A stretch of DNA of 64,000 nt from assembly GCA_044892505.1 (NCBI GenBank), contig CM097882.1, positions 111,538,001-111,602,000 on the forward strand. Direction: 5' to 3'. Below are positions 11,585 to 23,386 of this stretch, in pieces (position 1 is the first letter of the stretch; every line of letters starts with the position of its first letter). The translations under genes and the position numbers were made by a program. The DNA is from Schmidtea nova. Taxonomy: Eukaryota. The notes beneath the pieces are model-generated. The model did no database searches. It worked only from the letters and a program-made list of their open reading frames with translations, and was not told the DNA's origin.

Positions 11585-14500
11585 TTAAAGCATTCGCTGT
11601 ATCGTTTTATGTATAGGGGTGTGATTATTGTATCTTTGTCGAAAAGTTTTATTGTGTTTTTGTGGTTGAATGTGATGTGTTTGTGGTTTGATTGTGTTTT
11701 TGTTTGCGTCGGTGCTTTTTCTTTTGTGGGGTTGTTTGAGATGTTTTGATTGTTGTGATACGTTTTTATTCGTCTTAGATTGATTCTTGTTTTGATGTTG
11801 TCTTTTATTATTGTTGCCACATTTTTTGTTAATTTCCAGCAGTTTGAATGGGCCTTCGTATTTTGGTTCGAAACCTTTAGTGAAGGGCTTTTTAATTAAG
11901 ATGTATAATGTCGTCAGAACTACTTTTCCGTCCATTTCAGAGTTCGCTCTCTTTTTTAGGATTCCTTTTAATTTAATTTCTACTCTTTCGTTGTTTGTGT
12001 TGGTTGTTTGTTTGTTTGTTTCTGCGTTTTCTGCTGTATTGTTTTTAAGTGTTGGGAGATTTGATTCTCTGACAAAGAGTTTGTACGAAAAGCTTTCGTT
12101 GTCGATCGATTTGGGAGTGTTTTTTAATCCTAGTAAAATTGTCGGTAGTTCAGACAACCAATTTCTGTCGTTCGCTTTGGTTCTGATGCATTGTTTAAGT
12201 GTTCTATGCAGTCTTTCAACTTTTCCATTCGCTTGTGGGTTGTAAACGGTTGTTCGGTTCCGTTTTATTTCGTATTTTTTACATAGAGCACTAAATATTT
12301 CTGATTCAAATTGCCTCCCTTGATCTGTTATTAGTATCTTGGGTTGTCCGTAGCGAGCTATCCAATTTAGCTCAATGTTGTTACATATATTTTGTGCGGA
12401 TATTTATTTTAATGGGACGATTTCGAACCAGTTTGTCTTTCTGTCGATGATTTTTAGTAGGTAGTTGTACCCGTTGTTTGGTGGTAACGGTCCTACTATG
12501 TCAATGTAAATCATCTCGAAAGGTTGACTGCTTGGAAAGTTTACTTTTTGTGCTATTGGTTTTTTTGATATTTTACTGATTTGGCATTTTTTGCATGTTT
12601 TGACGAAATCTTTGATTTCTTTCCTCATGTTTGGCCATATGTATTTGTTGTGGATTATTTCATAGGTGGCTCTGCTTCCTGGATGACTAATGTCATGTAT
12701 TTTCGACATACACATTTTTCTAAACTCTTTTGGTAAAAGTATTCTTGGTGTAGTTTCGTTGCTGACATCGTACCAGAGGTCACTTCTTTTCTCTAGTTGC
12801 AGACTGTGTTTTATTGGAAGCTCTTTTAAGGTTTCTGATTGTTTGTTTTTGATTTGTTCATTTTCAATCAGTTAGTCAAATTCTAGTGCATTTATATCTG
12901 TTCCTATTCTTGTAAGGGTATCTACTGCAATGTTTGCGGCTCCGGCTATATAATTAATTGTGCAATTAAATTGTGATATATAATTTAATTGTCTTATTTG
13001 TCGTGGTGATGGGTTTTTCATTTGTATCGCGTTTAATAACGGTTTGTGGTCCGTATAGATTTTGAAGTTTCTTGCTTCCAGTAGGTGCTGGAAGGGTTTG
13101 ATGGATTCATGTATCGCGAGTAGTTCTCGATCAAAAGTTGAGTACCTTGTTTGATGTGTTTTTAGTTTTTTTGAGAAAACCCCGATCGGTTGTTTGCCGT
13201 ATTCGTTATCTTGATATAAGGTTGCGCCCATTGCATATCCAGAGCAGTCTGTTGCTAGGTTGTAGTCTAGTTCTGGATTTGGATATCCGAGTAATGTTGT
13301 TTGAGATGAGCTTGTTTTTGCTTTTTCAAACTGTTTGGTTGTTTGTTCGGTCCAGTTTATTTTAATATTTCTTCTTGTTTTGATCAGGTCGTTTAATGGA
13401 GCTAACAGTTTGCTGCAGTTTGGGATGTAAGCATGGTAAAAGTTTACCATTCCCAAAAATCGTCTAAAATCTCTGTTTGTGTTTGGCAATTTAAACTCTT
13501 GTATTGGGCTTATTTTCTTGTCTATTGGCTTTGTGCCTTTTTCATCCAGTGTGTGTCCAAGAAAATTAATTTCTTTTTTCAAAAATTCGCATTTTTGAAT
13601 GTTTATTTTGAGATTTGCTGAGTTCAGCGTTTCAAACACCTTTTCGATGTCTTTTAAATGAATAGTTTTGTTTGGACTTGCTATGAGTATGTCGTCCAAA
13701 TAAGCTATAGTGTTCTGGTTATTTTTCAGAGTCTTGTCCATAAATCGTTGAAATGTTGCAGCTGCATTTCGCAAGCCAAATGGCATTCTATTGTATTCGA
13801 ACATGCTGATTGGTGCAACGATTGCTGTTTTTTTAATGTCTTCGTTCCTGATGGGTATTTGGTGATAAGCCTTCTGTAAATCTATTTTCGAGAAGAGTCT
13901 TGCACCTTTTAGTATGTTTATTATGTCTCTGATGATAGGCAGTGGGTAGTTGTCTGGTTCTGTGATTTTGTTGAGCATTCGGTAGTCACCACAAGCTCTC
14001 CATTCCCCGTTTGCATTTTGTTTGAGAATGAGTGCAGAGGACTAATCTGAGTTCGAATGAGTTACTATTTTGTTTTTTAGTAACTCCTTGAAAATTTCGT
14101 TTGTAATTTTTGTTTTTTGTGGATCTAGTTGTCTCACCTTTGCATGCACTGGGTTTCCGTTTGTTATAATTGCATGTTCGGTTGAGTGATCCGCGTCTTT
14201 GTCGAAGGATACTGGTTTGATGAGTTTTTCAAATTTTCCCAGTAGTTTATTTATTTCTGGGTCATGATTCAATTTTTGTTTTTGTTTATTGTTAGGTGGA
14301 ACCGTTTGGATAACACCGATGTCAACTCTTGAATTGGTTGTCACCATGGTTTTGACAGTTTTTTTGTTTGTGCTTGTATTTTCAGTTAATGTTTTATTTC
14401 GGCAGTCTACTGTGAGGTTGTAATTTGTTAGGAAGTCTGCTCCTAGTATTGCTTGTTGGACCTCAGCTATGGTGAATGTCCAGTTGTAATTTTTTTTGTT

Positions 14501-14720
14501 TATGGTTAAATTTATTGTTTATTGCCCGAAAGTTTTTATGTTTGTGCCGTTAGCTGCTGTTAATGGTTTTTCTGTTTTGTTGGCATTTTTATACATAAAA
14601 TGGGGCAGTAATGAAATCACCAAGCCGGTGTCTATTAAAAGATCTATGTTATTTGTGTGCACCCAAAATGTGTTGTTTTTGTCACCTGATGTGGGTGCTA
14701 TCATTGGTGACCTTATTGGT
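11585..14720 (-). pseudogene. Gypsy-1 pol (PR-RT-RH-IN); four in-frame stops, no frameshift seen
   Basis: LIDTG (PR), WRACGDYRMLN, FSKIDLQKAYHQI, YLDDILI (RT), DCSG, ELLAI, TDHKPL (RH), HPG..C..C, IDIVGP, TDQGRQF, NGKVER (IN), KYEGPF; stops at 14519, 14042, 12872 and 12404. Confidence 0.95.
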
Positions 14721-14725
14721 TTCCC
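14719..14725 (-). promoter_or_regulatory. -1 ribosomal frameshift slippery heptamer G GGA AAC at the Gypsy-1 gag/pol junction
   Basis: X XXY YYZ in the gag frame; a -1 shift enters the frame encoding MIAPTSG..LIDTG; the preceding codon is TAG (probably mutated from CAG). Confidence 0.7.
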
Positions 14726-16782
14726 TACTCTGTTTTATTAAATTCGAAGGGTTGTACGCATTTGAATGCTTTTTCCCCAAATTTATTGTAAAAATAGCAG
14801 AGGTTTTTGTTTATATAATTGTTGAGGATACCTAAATTAAAAATAATATAATAAATAAACAAAATTACTTGGGGGAAAATCGTCATGGGGAATGACACGA
14901 TTGATTGGAGCCTCGGAAAGAAAACGGAAATAAAAAGGAATGAGAAATGAGAAGGGGAAACAAAAGAAAAGAAATCAGACAAGCAAAACGAAATAGAAGT
15001 CAGCAGTAATTAACTAGTGCAAATAGAAAGAAATTCTAAAGTTGGGAAAAACAAAAACAACAACAAGAATTTTATCTCGACAACCGGTCAGAGATAAAGT
15101 GGGCAAAAATCAAACAAGCCGGAGCGGCAGAAAGGAAAAAAACAGAGGTTATCTTGACAGCTGTCAAAGATAACTCCGTTGCTGAGAAGATGAATGGGAA
15201 ATCATGTTGGAAAAATGGAATAACAGCTGATAATTTAAGTGCTACAAAGTGAAGAAGTATAAAAGGAGGAAGCACCTCAGAAGACAACACAACATTGTAT
15301 ACAGAAGTTGTTAGAGAAACACTGTAGACAGAATATTTGAGAGACAACGTTTGAGACAGAACATTTGCGAGAACATATTTTGCGGAGAATATTTGCGTTT
15401 AAAGACTGACGTCAGAGGAAAACAGGAGAAATTTGAAGCAGAAAAACGTCCAGAGAAAGTTAAAGAAGAGTCAAAAGGAGAATCCAATAATTGAAACCAG
15501 AAACTAAGGGATAAGCAGCAGGAGCTTATTCAAGAGTTTGAGAAAATAAAGCTAGTAAAATTCAGCGGGTAAATCCAAGTCAAACTAAGAAAATAACCAG
15601 CCAAATTACCAATTGTTATACTCCCCAGCAGTGAGTGCTTTCAAATATCGATTATACACTAGTGCTATTCTTCACTATAGTGTCGTAATAAGCATTGTAT
15701 AATCAGCTGTAGTTTGAATTTGGTCAGTTCATTGTAAATTGAAGTTATTTGTGATATTCAATAAAATTTTCAATTAAGAGCACGTTTGGAGTCAGGGTAA
15801 TAATTTGTTAATTATAAAGTCACCAACAACCCAATAACCCAACATAATTATTTCTTGGATCTCTTTCTGGGCTTTTGTTACGGAAATTGTTGAATCGATT
15901 AGGGGAGTTTGACCGATTTCTGTAATCGTTGTTTGGTGATTGACTGCGGCTGTAGTTTTGTCTGTTGTATTCTGAAGGTTGATTGTAGCATTGTCTGTTT
16001 TGACCGTCTGATGGTTGGTCTCTGTTGTAGTTGTATCTGTTGTAACTATCGTATGATTGGTTTGAGTTAAGGTTTTGTTTGTTACATTGTTCTTTTATTT
16101 CGGCTAGTTCAGATTTTATTTGTTTGTTTTCGACTATTATTTCGTCGAATTTGCCGATTAGGGTGTTCATTAGTTTGTTCATGTTTTCGTTTTGTTCGGT
16201 ATTTTTGTTGTATGAAGGGTTATTGTAGTTTGTTTTATTTTTATTGTAGCTTTGAGTGCTACAGATTGATGGATAGATTTCCTGATTGATCTTGTCAGCT
16301 ATTGGAGGTATTTCAATTTTTTCTTGAGTTGTCGGAGAAAATCTGTTGGTTTGTTGTCGCCTAGTTGCGTGTTATTGAGGTATGACTCTAGCATTTGTCT
16401 CCTGTTGACTTTGTTTTTATTTGTTAATATGTTGCAGTGTTTGTCGAACGGGTTATCGTCTTTCGATATTTCTTCTATTTGATCTGCAATCTCATTTAAT
16501 TTGTTACTGGGGAGTGCGGCTATGATGTTGGAGCACAGGGTTTTTGTGGATTTTATTCCTGAAAGGGTTAGTGTTAGTTTGGCAAATTCCAGCCATTTTT
16601 ATGGAGTGCCATTTTCATCGGTAAAGTAGTTTGGTAGGTTAGGTTTCGGGTTAATTATAGAGTTTATGGTATGTGTTTTCGGGGTTGTAATAATAGCTGA
16701 TGTTTTCTTGAGTATGGGTGTTTTCAATGTTGTTGTTGGGTGTTTGGGTAATATTTGTTTGGTTTTGTTGGTTTGTTGCCAT
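14725..16782 (-). pseudogene. Gypsy-1 gag interrupted by a solo LTR
   Basis: LGDNKPTDFLRQ; removing 14820-15844 and one TSD copy rejoins PRNNYINKNLCYFYNKFGEKAFKC (degenerate Zn knuckle) in frame. Confidence 0.85.
14820..15844. mobile_element. Solo LTR, 1025 bp, 4-bp TSD TAAT
   Basis: Termini TGTTG...CAACA; TAAT at 14816-14819 and 15845-15848. Confidence 0.88.
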
Positions 16783-17234
16783 TGCTTTTATTTATGTGTT
16801 GCTTGTTGATATAAAAGAATGAGTGTATTTAAAAGATATAGCCTACTGTGTTCCGCTAAAAGTGACGTTAATCCTTATACCTCTATAGTAGGTATGCTAA
16901 AGGCGTTAACGTTTAAAAAAACGACGATTTGTGTGTGCTGTGTAGACTTCTGACACCTGTTTTTATGGTAATATGTTGTGATTTATTTATTATGTATATT
17001 ATTACGTTGTGTATTATTATGTCGAGAATAAAGGTGTGTTGAGGGAGAAGTTGTAGAACCCGAGAGAGTCTTACAATATCGGTGTGCAGACATTCGGGGT
17101 GTATGCTGTGTAATTAGGTGCCTGTATGTGTTGCACAAATTTACAATAATTCAAAATAAAGATTGAAAACAAATAAACAACTTCCAACAATCAACTATAT
17201 TTTATAAACAAACAGTTACTCACGTATCCAACTT

Positions 17235-17951
17235 TCAAGGGAATCCTTGTTGTAAAATCATCAATTGAACGGCCATATAATAATCTTTATTCGTTTCCAT
17301 AACAAAATAAACATCATTGATAATTCCATTCAACCCGTGTAACGCACAGTAGGTCAATATTTGTGCCGGTAATCCAACCAAAAGATTTGGCGGCTCAAGC
17401 AATTTTATGTTCGAATTTGAAATTCCACCAACAAATAAGCATCGAATTATCGGGAAAACATCATTGAGATCTTGTTTCAGATAACAGCTGAGTGATAATC
17501 GCGATAAAACATATATTTCACAACTATTATTATTCAATACAGAAAATATTTGTTTTACAACTTGGTGCACATATTCATTGGGAACATTTATTCTACATAA
17601 GCAATATATAATATCACTCTGGTTCGCTTTATACATTAATATGTTTTTATCTTTCAATACATTTTGATTCAAGGAATTCTTTATTTCAATCGAAGTTGGC
17701 AATTGAATTGATGCAACCATTCTCTCACCACAATTCAGTATCTGCTCTTGAACACAAAACGAAGACGTAATATCCGCTCCGACTATGAATTCATTCAATT
17801 CATCATCTCGAATTTCCTCACTAACACAAACAACAGAATTATAATCAACTGGAACCTCATTCTCAATGCCAAATTTCTCAAAATCACTAAGTTGAATTTC
17901 AGACCATGTTACCATTAATTTGACCGAAACTCCCTTTTGAAAGACCAACAT
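17235..17951 (-). CDS. PSMG1: Captured proteasome assembly chaperone 1 ORF in the 3' LTR; C-terminally truncated, reads into the flank to a TGA
   Basis: [20 protein letters not shown] and [18 protein letters not shown] resemble recalled PSMG1 motifs CQC.CYVAEDQ..QW..KVF and LEQPNIV..LPAAVLSYC. Confidence 0.8.
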   Translation of the reverse strand: MLVFQKGVSVKLMVTWSEIQLSDFEKFGIENEVPVDYNSVVCVSEEIRDDELNEFIVGADITSSFCVQEQILNCGERMVASIQLPTSIEIKNSLNQNVLKDKNILMYKANQSDIIYCLCRINVPNEYVHQVVKQIFSVLNNNSCEIYVLSRLSLSCYLKQDLNDVFPIIRCLFVGGISNSNIKLLEPPNLLVGLPAQILTYCALHGLNGIINDVYFVMETNKDYYMAVQLMILQQGFP

Positions 17952-18186
17952 GTTACTGATTATTCAAACAACTCACTTTAAAATCCAAATTCTCCTATTA
18001 ACTCTAAAATAAAAACATAAAAAAATCAATCTCACCAAAATTTCTCTCACCACCACCAATGCACACACATACGCACACAAGAATCCCCCAACAACCACAA
18101 CAACAAAAAACGAGTGCGCACACAGACGCCAGCTCGAAACCCATTGCGCACACAGACTACAAAGTCTGGTAGAGCACAGACGAACA
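17251..18186 (-). repeat. BEL/Pao 3' LTR (contains PSMG1 ORF)
   Basis: TGTTCG...TTTACA termini on the minus strand; directly follows the PPT; AATAAA at 17286-17291. Confidence 0.93.
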
Positions 18187-18199
18187 TTCCCCCCCTTTT

Positions 18200-21100
18200 G
18201 ACTCCTCGTCAACTCTCATCGTTAACTCCTTTTTTGCCAACCCCCTTTTTTCTCTAAAATTTTCTTGATTCTCTGCTTCTACTTCCAAGGGGCAAAGTTG
18301 AGATATTGGGCGAATCACCTCTTTCCATTTACTCCACATCTTTACTACTAAAATCCACACTAACTGACCTGCTGTTAACTCTTCTTGATATGATCTCCAC
18401 TTGGCTCTGCTTATCCATATCGGCACAAGTTCTCTCTTCCATCTATTCCATACTTGATTGGTTAACTCTACCGTCCTTTTCCATCGTCGCTGAATATTAG
18501 TTTTCTTATTAGTTTTTATTTCATTAGTCTCGATTTCTGACCATCTGGGCATTAAAAATGGTTAGGTGTCAGTACTTCAAGTCCTTTTTCATCCTCACTC
18601 TTTGTCGTCAACGGTCTGGCATTTAGAAATCCTTCAATCCGTGCTACTACTGTCAGCATCTCTTCATCTGTAATATCTGCATAGCTCTTTTCATCGATTT
18701 TATTAACGCCTCATAAACCTCTCCGAAATTTGGACCGGCTGGAGGATTAAACACCCATCTTCTTCTCCCGAGCTGTCAACTCCTTCGTTATCTTATAACC
18801 ATCGATTATCACATCTTTCAATTCCCCCGTTGCTCCCACGAAATTAGTACCGTTGTCTGATAACATCAACACTGGTTTTCCTCGTCGTCCAATGAATCTT
18901 ATTAAAGCTTGTATAAATGAATCCGTTGTTAATCCGTACACTAATTCCAGATGCACTGCTCTAGTTTGTAAACATGTAAACAAACACACATATCTCTTTA
19001 GCCTCGCTTTTCCTCGGCCTGGATTGTTAAGAATGGGCCCGCAAAATCAACCCCCACTTTTCCAAATGGTCTAAATGGTTCCGTCAATCGAAATGCAGGT
19101 AGTGGAGCCATCTTCTGGAACCGTCCAGAAGCTCGTCTCTTTTTACAGATTAGGCATTCAAATTCTACCTTCTTGATTTCTCTTTTGGGTTGCGTTATCC
19201 AAAACCTTTCCTGCAGATCGCTTAATAAATGATTTGTTCCGGCGCAGTGATCTCTGTCTTGATGATATTTTCTTATTATCAGTCTAGTCACCCATCGTTT
19301 GGCACTTAATATTATCGGGTATCTTGCTTCTAATGTCATGAACTCTGCATTTATGATTCGACTGTTACTCCTGAGTAATCCTTCTTCATCGAGCATTGGA
19401 TTCAAACTTAGTATTTTGCTTTTTTTATACAATGGTCTTCCGTTTTCTAACTCTCGTATCTCATCCTTAAAGATCTCATTTTGCTCCTCTCGAATTACTA
19501 TCGCTTCAATCTTTTTGATTTCGTCGGTTGTTAACTCCCCACTTCAGAGTTCCTTTTTGTTTCGACAATTATTTGCGAATCTATGCACCCATGCTCTTAC
19601 TCTGAGCAATCTTTTCCACGATGAATAGGTTTCAGGTTGCCAACAGTTTACTTGATATTTTTCAGGTTGCTCTTCTTCTAAATTTATGACAAATGTCACT
19701 TGCTTTCTTTCTCTATTTTCATTTACCTGTATATCTAATTTCGTCTTTGGCCAATTTCTTTCAAAGTGTTTTAAAAAAGGTGGTCCTTCCCACCACATAT
19801 TATCTCCTATATGATCTGACGCCGACATTCCCCGAGTGGCTATATCTGCTGGGTTGCTTTTGGTAGGAACGTAACGCCATTGTTCAGCATCTGTCTCGCT
19901 CTGAATGGTACTCACTCGGTTGGCAACAAACGTTTTCCATAGTCTTGAATGATGACGAATCCAGTGCAAGGTATCTTGACTATCAGTCCAAAACATGACA
20001 TTTTTCAATTCATATTGTAACGCCTTTCCAACTTTCTTAGCTAACTTTAGACCCAAACATGCGCCCATCAATTCCAATCGTGGAATGCTGATAACTTTAA
20101 CTGGAGCTACTTTTGCTCGTGCCGCAACAAATTTCATTTTAACCTTGGCGCTCTCTTCTTCCCTAAGCTAACAAACAGCTGCATAGGCAGTACTAGACGC
20201 ATCAACAAATATATGTAAGCGCCACGGATTGCTTTGCTTCCCCAATAATCTCCTTGGAATCATTACTCGATTCAATAACTCACACTCTTCCATCCAACAT
20301 CTCGCTCTTTTTTGTAATTCTGGGGGTAAAACATCATCCCACTTGCTTCCCATCATCCACGCTTCTTGCATTAGGCATTTGCCAACAATTGTGAATGCAC
20401 TAAGCATTCCCAAAGGGTCAAAGATAGGTGCTATCCAACTTAATAACATTCTTTTCGTGATTTTCACATTATCTGTCGTTCGTCCTACAAATCTCAATAA
20501 ATCGTCCGTTGAGAGCCAGTACATCCCCAATGTCTTCATCGTGACTGTTCTATTTTCTTCTATTGTTAACGACTTGGCTTGCTCTTCGATCGGAATTGTT
20601 TCCATTACTTTAATCGAGTTTGACATCCACTTTCTTGCCCTCATTCCTGCTTCTGCCCACAGTAACTTCAGATCCTCTTTAAGAATTAGCGCTTCTTCCT
20701 CCGTCTCTACTGAGTCAATGCTGTCATCCATGTATGTAGATTTTATTATGGTCTCTGCCGCTCTTGCGTAACTTTTTTCATATCTTCTCGCGTGTTGTTG
20801 GGTTACATATTGTGCAAGAAACGGGGACGTATTCAACCCGAAAACTAGTATTGAAAATTCAAATTGCACAATCTTCTCACCCTCTTTCCACAAAAATCGT
20901 AAGTAAGGTCTGTCCTCTTCCGCTATTCTTATTTGTAGATACATTTCGGCGATATCGCTTACTATGGCTACCTTAAACCGTCTGAATCTTAACAAAATTT
21001 CGAAAAGATCATTTTGCAATTTCGGTCCCGTTTCCAAAACATCATTTAAACACTTTCCATTACATTTTGCTGCAGCGTCAAATACAATCCGGACTTTCGA

Positions 21101-23020
21101 CGTTTCTTTTTCCTTTCTTACAACGGGAAAATGAGGTAATATCTACTTCGTTCCCGCCTTTTCTTGTTCACTTAACCTCCTAATGTAATTCTTACTTTCA
21201 TGATCCTTCAAAATTCTTTCATATTCCTTCTTCAGCTCTTGATTTTTATCTAATCTTTGCTTTAAACTTTCTAGGCGTTTCATCGCCATTTGTGTATTAT
21301 TTGATAACTCTTCTTTTCCAGATTTCCACGGCAAACTCACTTGGTAAAACATTCCTCTGTTAACCATCTTTTCTTCCGTAATTTTAATAACTTCACGATC
21401 CCCTTTGGTCAAGAGCACCGGGTTCTCCTTTAAGTTCTCGATTTCCCAGAACAACTTTACCTGTCCAACTAACTCCTCGTCCTTGGATAAATACGTTTGA
21501 ACAAAGTTGGTTTGGTGGGTCAGTGACACGCCCAACGTATTTCCACCTACACAGGTCCAACCAAGCGGAGTTAATCTAGCGATTGGTTCGTCCATCTTTC
21601 CATCCACTTCCTTCAGCGCTCTTTGTAAACCTAAATAATCAGCTCCAATAAGAACTTGCACCACTTGCCGTTCATCAAGCATTGGAAACCGTATATCCTT
21701 TAGATGTTCCCATTTCCATTTTTCCTTTGCCCAATTTATCACTCGCATTTCCCCGGTTACACTCTTCACCGCTGCAGCTGTAAACTTTTTCCTCATCTTC
21801 TGATCATAACTTATCAACGTCATCGTGACTATTCTTGTTGTCATATTTTGAATATGACCTCCGATGACGCTCACAGGAACTATTTCCTCTTTCCCCTTTA
21901 GACCCAACTCGTCTGCAATACTCTGACTTATGTAGCTAATGGAGCTTGCATCGTCTAACAGCGCATTTACTTTAATTTTCTTCGCTCCATGCTCAAGGTA
22001 GATTGGTATGGTCCTCAAGCTTAGATATTTTCGCTCTTTTGTTAATAATTCATCTTTAGTAGCCGACATCAATGTGTTTTCCTTCCTTTTGGACTCTAAC
22101 TGATCCACATGAAGTAGGTTACTGTGTTTCAGCTTACACCCCTCTCTAGTACAGAATGAAGCCTTTCGACATTCCGACGCTACATGATCAGACTTTAAAC
22201 AATTAAAGCATAACTTCCAGTCTCCTACTGCTTTACGTCGCATTGCGGGGTTCATTTCTTTAAATTCTCTGCATTGATCCAAGTAATGATTTTCCTTGCA
22301 TTTCCAACACTTCAACTTTGTGCTCAACAATCCGTCTCTTGGTATGTTTGTCTTGTCCTCCTTCCAATCTGCTACTTGCCCAACAAGTGTCCGGTTCCCT
22401 TGCCTTAGATTCACAAGTTCTCTTGACGGTCCATCCTGCCTCTTCCAATCGTTTCTTCTATTGCCATCACCGACTCCATAAAGGGTTTCTTTTGTTAATC
22501 TTAACAGCTCGACTTCATCTTGTAACCAATTTCTCAAATCTTGGATACATTCGGTTACCTTTTCCTCCTTAAAATCTTTCTTCCACTTGTATAGCAGCGA
22601 GCTGGGTAGCTTTTGCAGGCATCTCTTCAATAAGTAACTATTTTTCATTTCGCCCTCTCGTCTATTATTAATAATTCTAACTTCTAGCGTTTCCAATAGT
22701 CCAACAAATGCCTCTATTTCCAGCATTTCATTCTCACGAACGGGTCGGAATCTGTCGATATCTTCCAGAGCAGCTAAGTAATTTCGTTCTTCCCCGCCAT
22801 ATCTTTTATCGAGCTTTTCCTTTGCCATTTTGTAACCAGTTGCAGAAAATCCTAAATTTTCGATCAACCTTAGCGGTTCACCTTTCAGATAAGATCGAAG
22901 GTGTAACATCTTTTCATCATCATCTCCATGGGCACTATCAACACAAGTATGGAAGGCAGCTTTCCAACTTTCATATTCTTTCTGGTGTCCATCAAATATC
23001 TGGATCCATATCTTCTGCAT
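18200..23020 (-). pseudogene. BEL/Pao gag-pol (Gag, three Zn knuckles, PR, RT, RH, IN, C-terminal RRW domain); several stops and frameshifts
   Basis: FDGHQKEYESW, CWKCKENH..C, CFNCLKSDH..C, ALLDDAS, LPHFPV, RIVFDA, DIAEMYLQI, YMDD, FVDAS, IPRLEL, FVANRV, NPAD.ATRG, VDFAGP, SDNGTNF, RRW...W.RW; stops at 21143, 20168 and 19544; frameshifts near 19010 and 18760. Confidence 0.96.
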
Positions 23021-23089
23021 TTTATCTAGTCTTTTCTTCGTTTCATTCCCACCTACCTCTTTGGTTGTATTGCTGTCATCCGACCTAAC

Positions 23090-23386
23090 TCACTGATTGG
23101 CCTTTGACGAAATTAACTCTTCCACCTTCTCGTTCTTATTTTCTATCTCTTGTAAATCCGCTTCTAGCCCCGTTGTTGTATCTGACCTTCTTAATCTTTT
23201 ACTAATATCCACCAATCGTTCAAAATTCTCTATGGCACTTTCCATAGCTTCCTGATATTCATCAAGGACATGTGCTGCATCTTCTGCCAACATATCATTC
23301 ATCCATATATTCCTTAATTTTGTCAACCTGTACTTAATACTCCTCTTCTTTCTCAAGCCTTCTTCTAATTCCTCCGCTTCATCCTT
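23090..23386 (-). pseudogene. BEL Gag N-terminal helical region, in frame with the C-terminal half of the upstream ubiquitin
   Basis: [26 protein letters not shown] follows directly after LSLCGG; separated from the Gag core at 23020 by a stop and a frame change. Confidence 0.7.
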
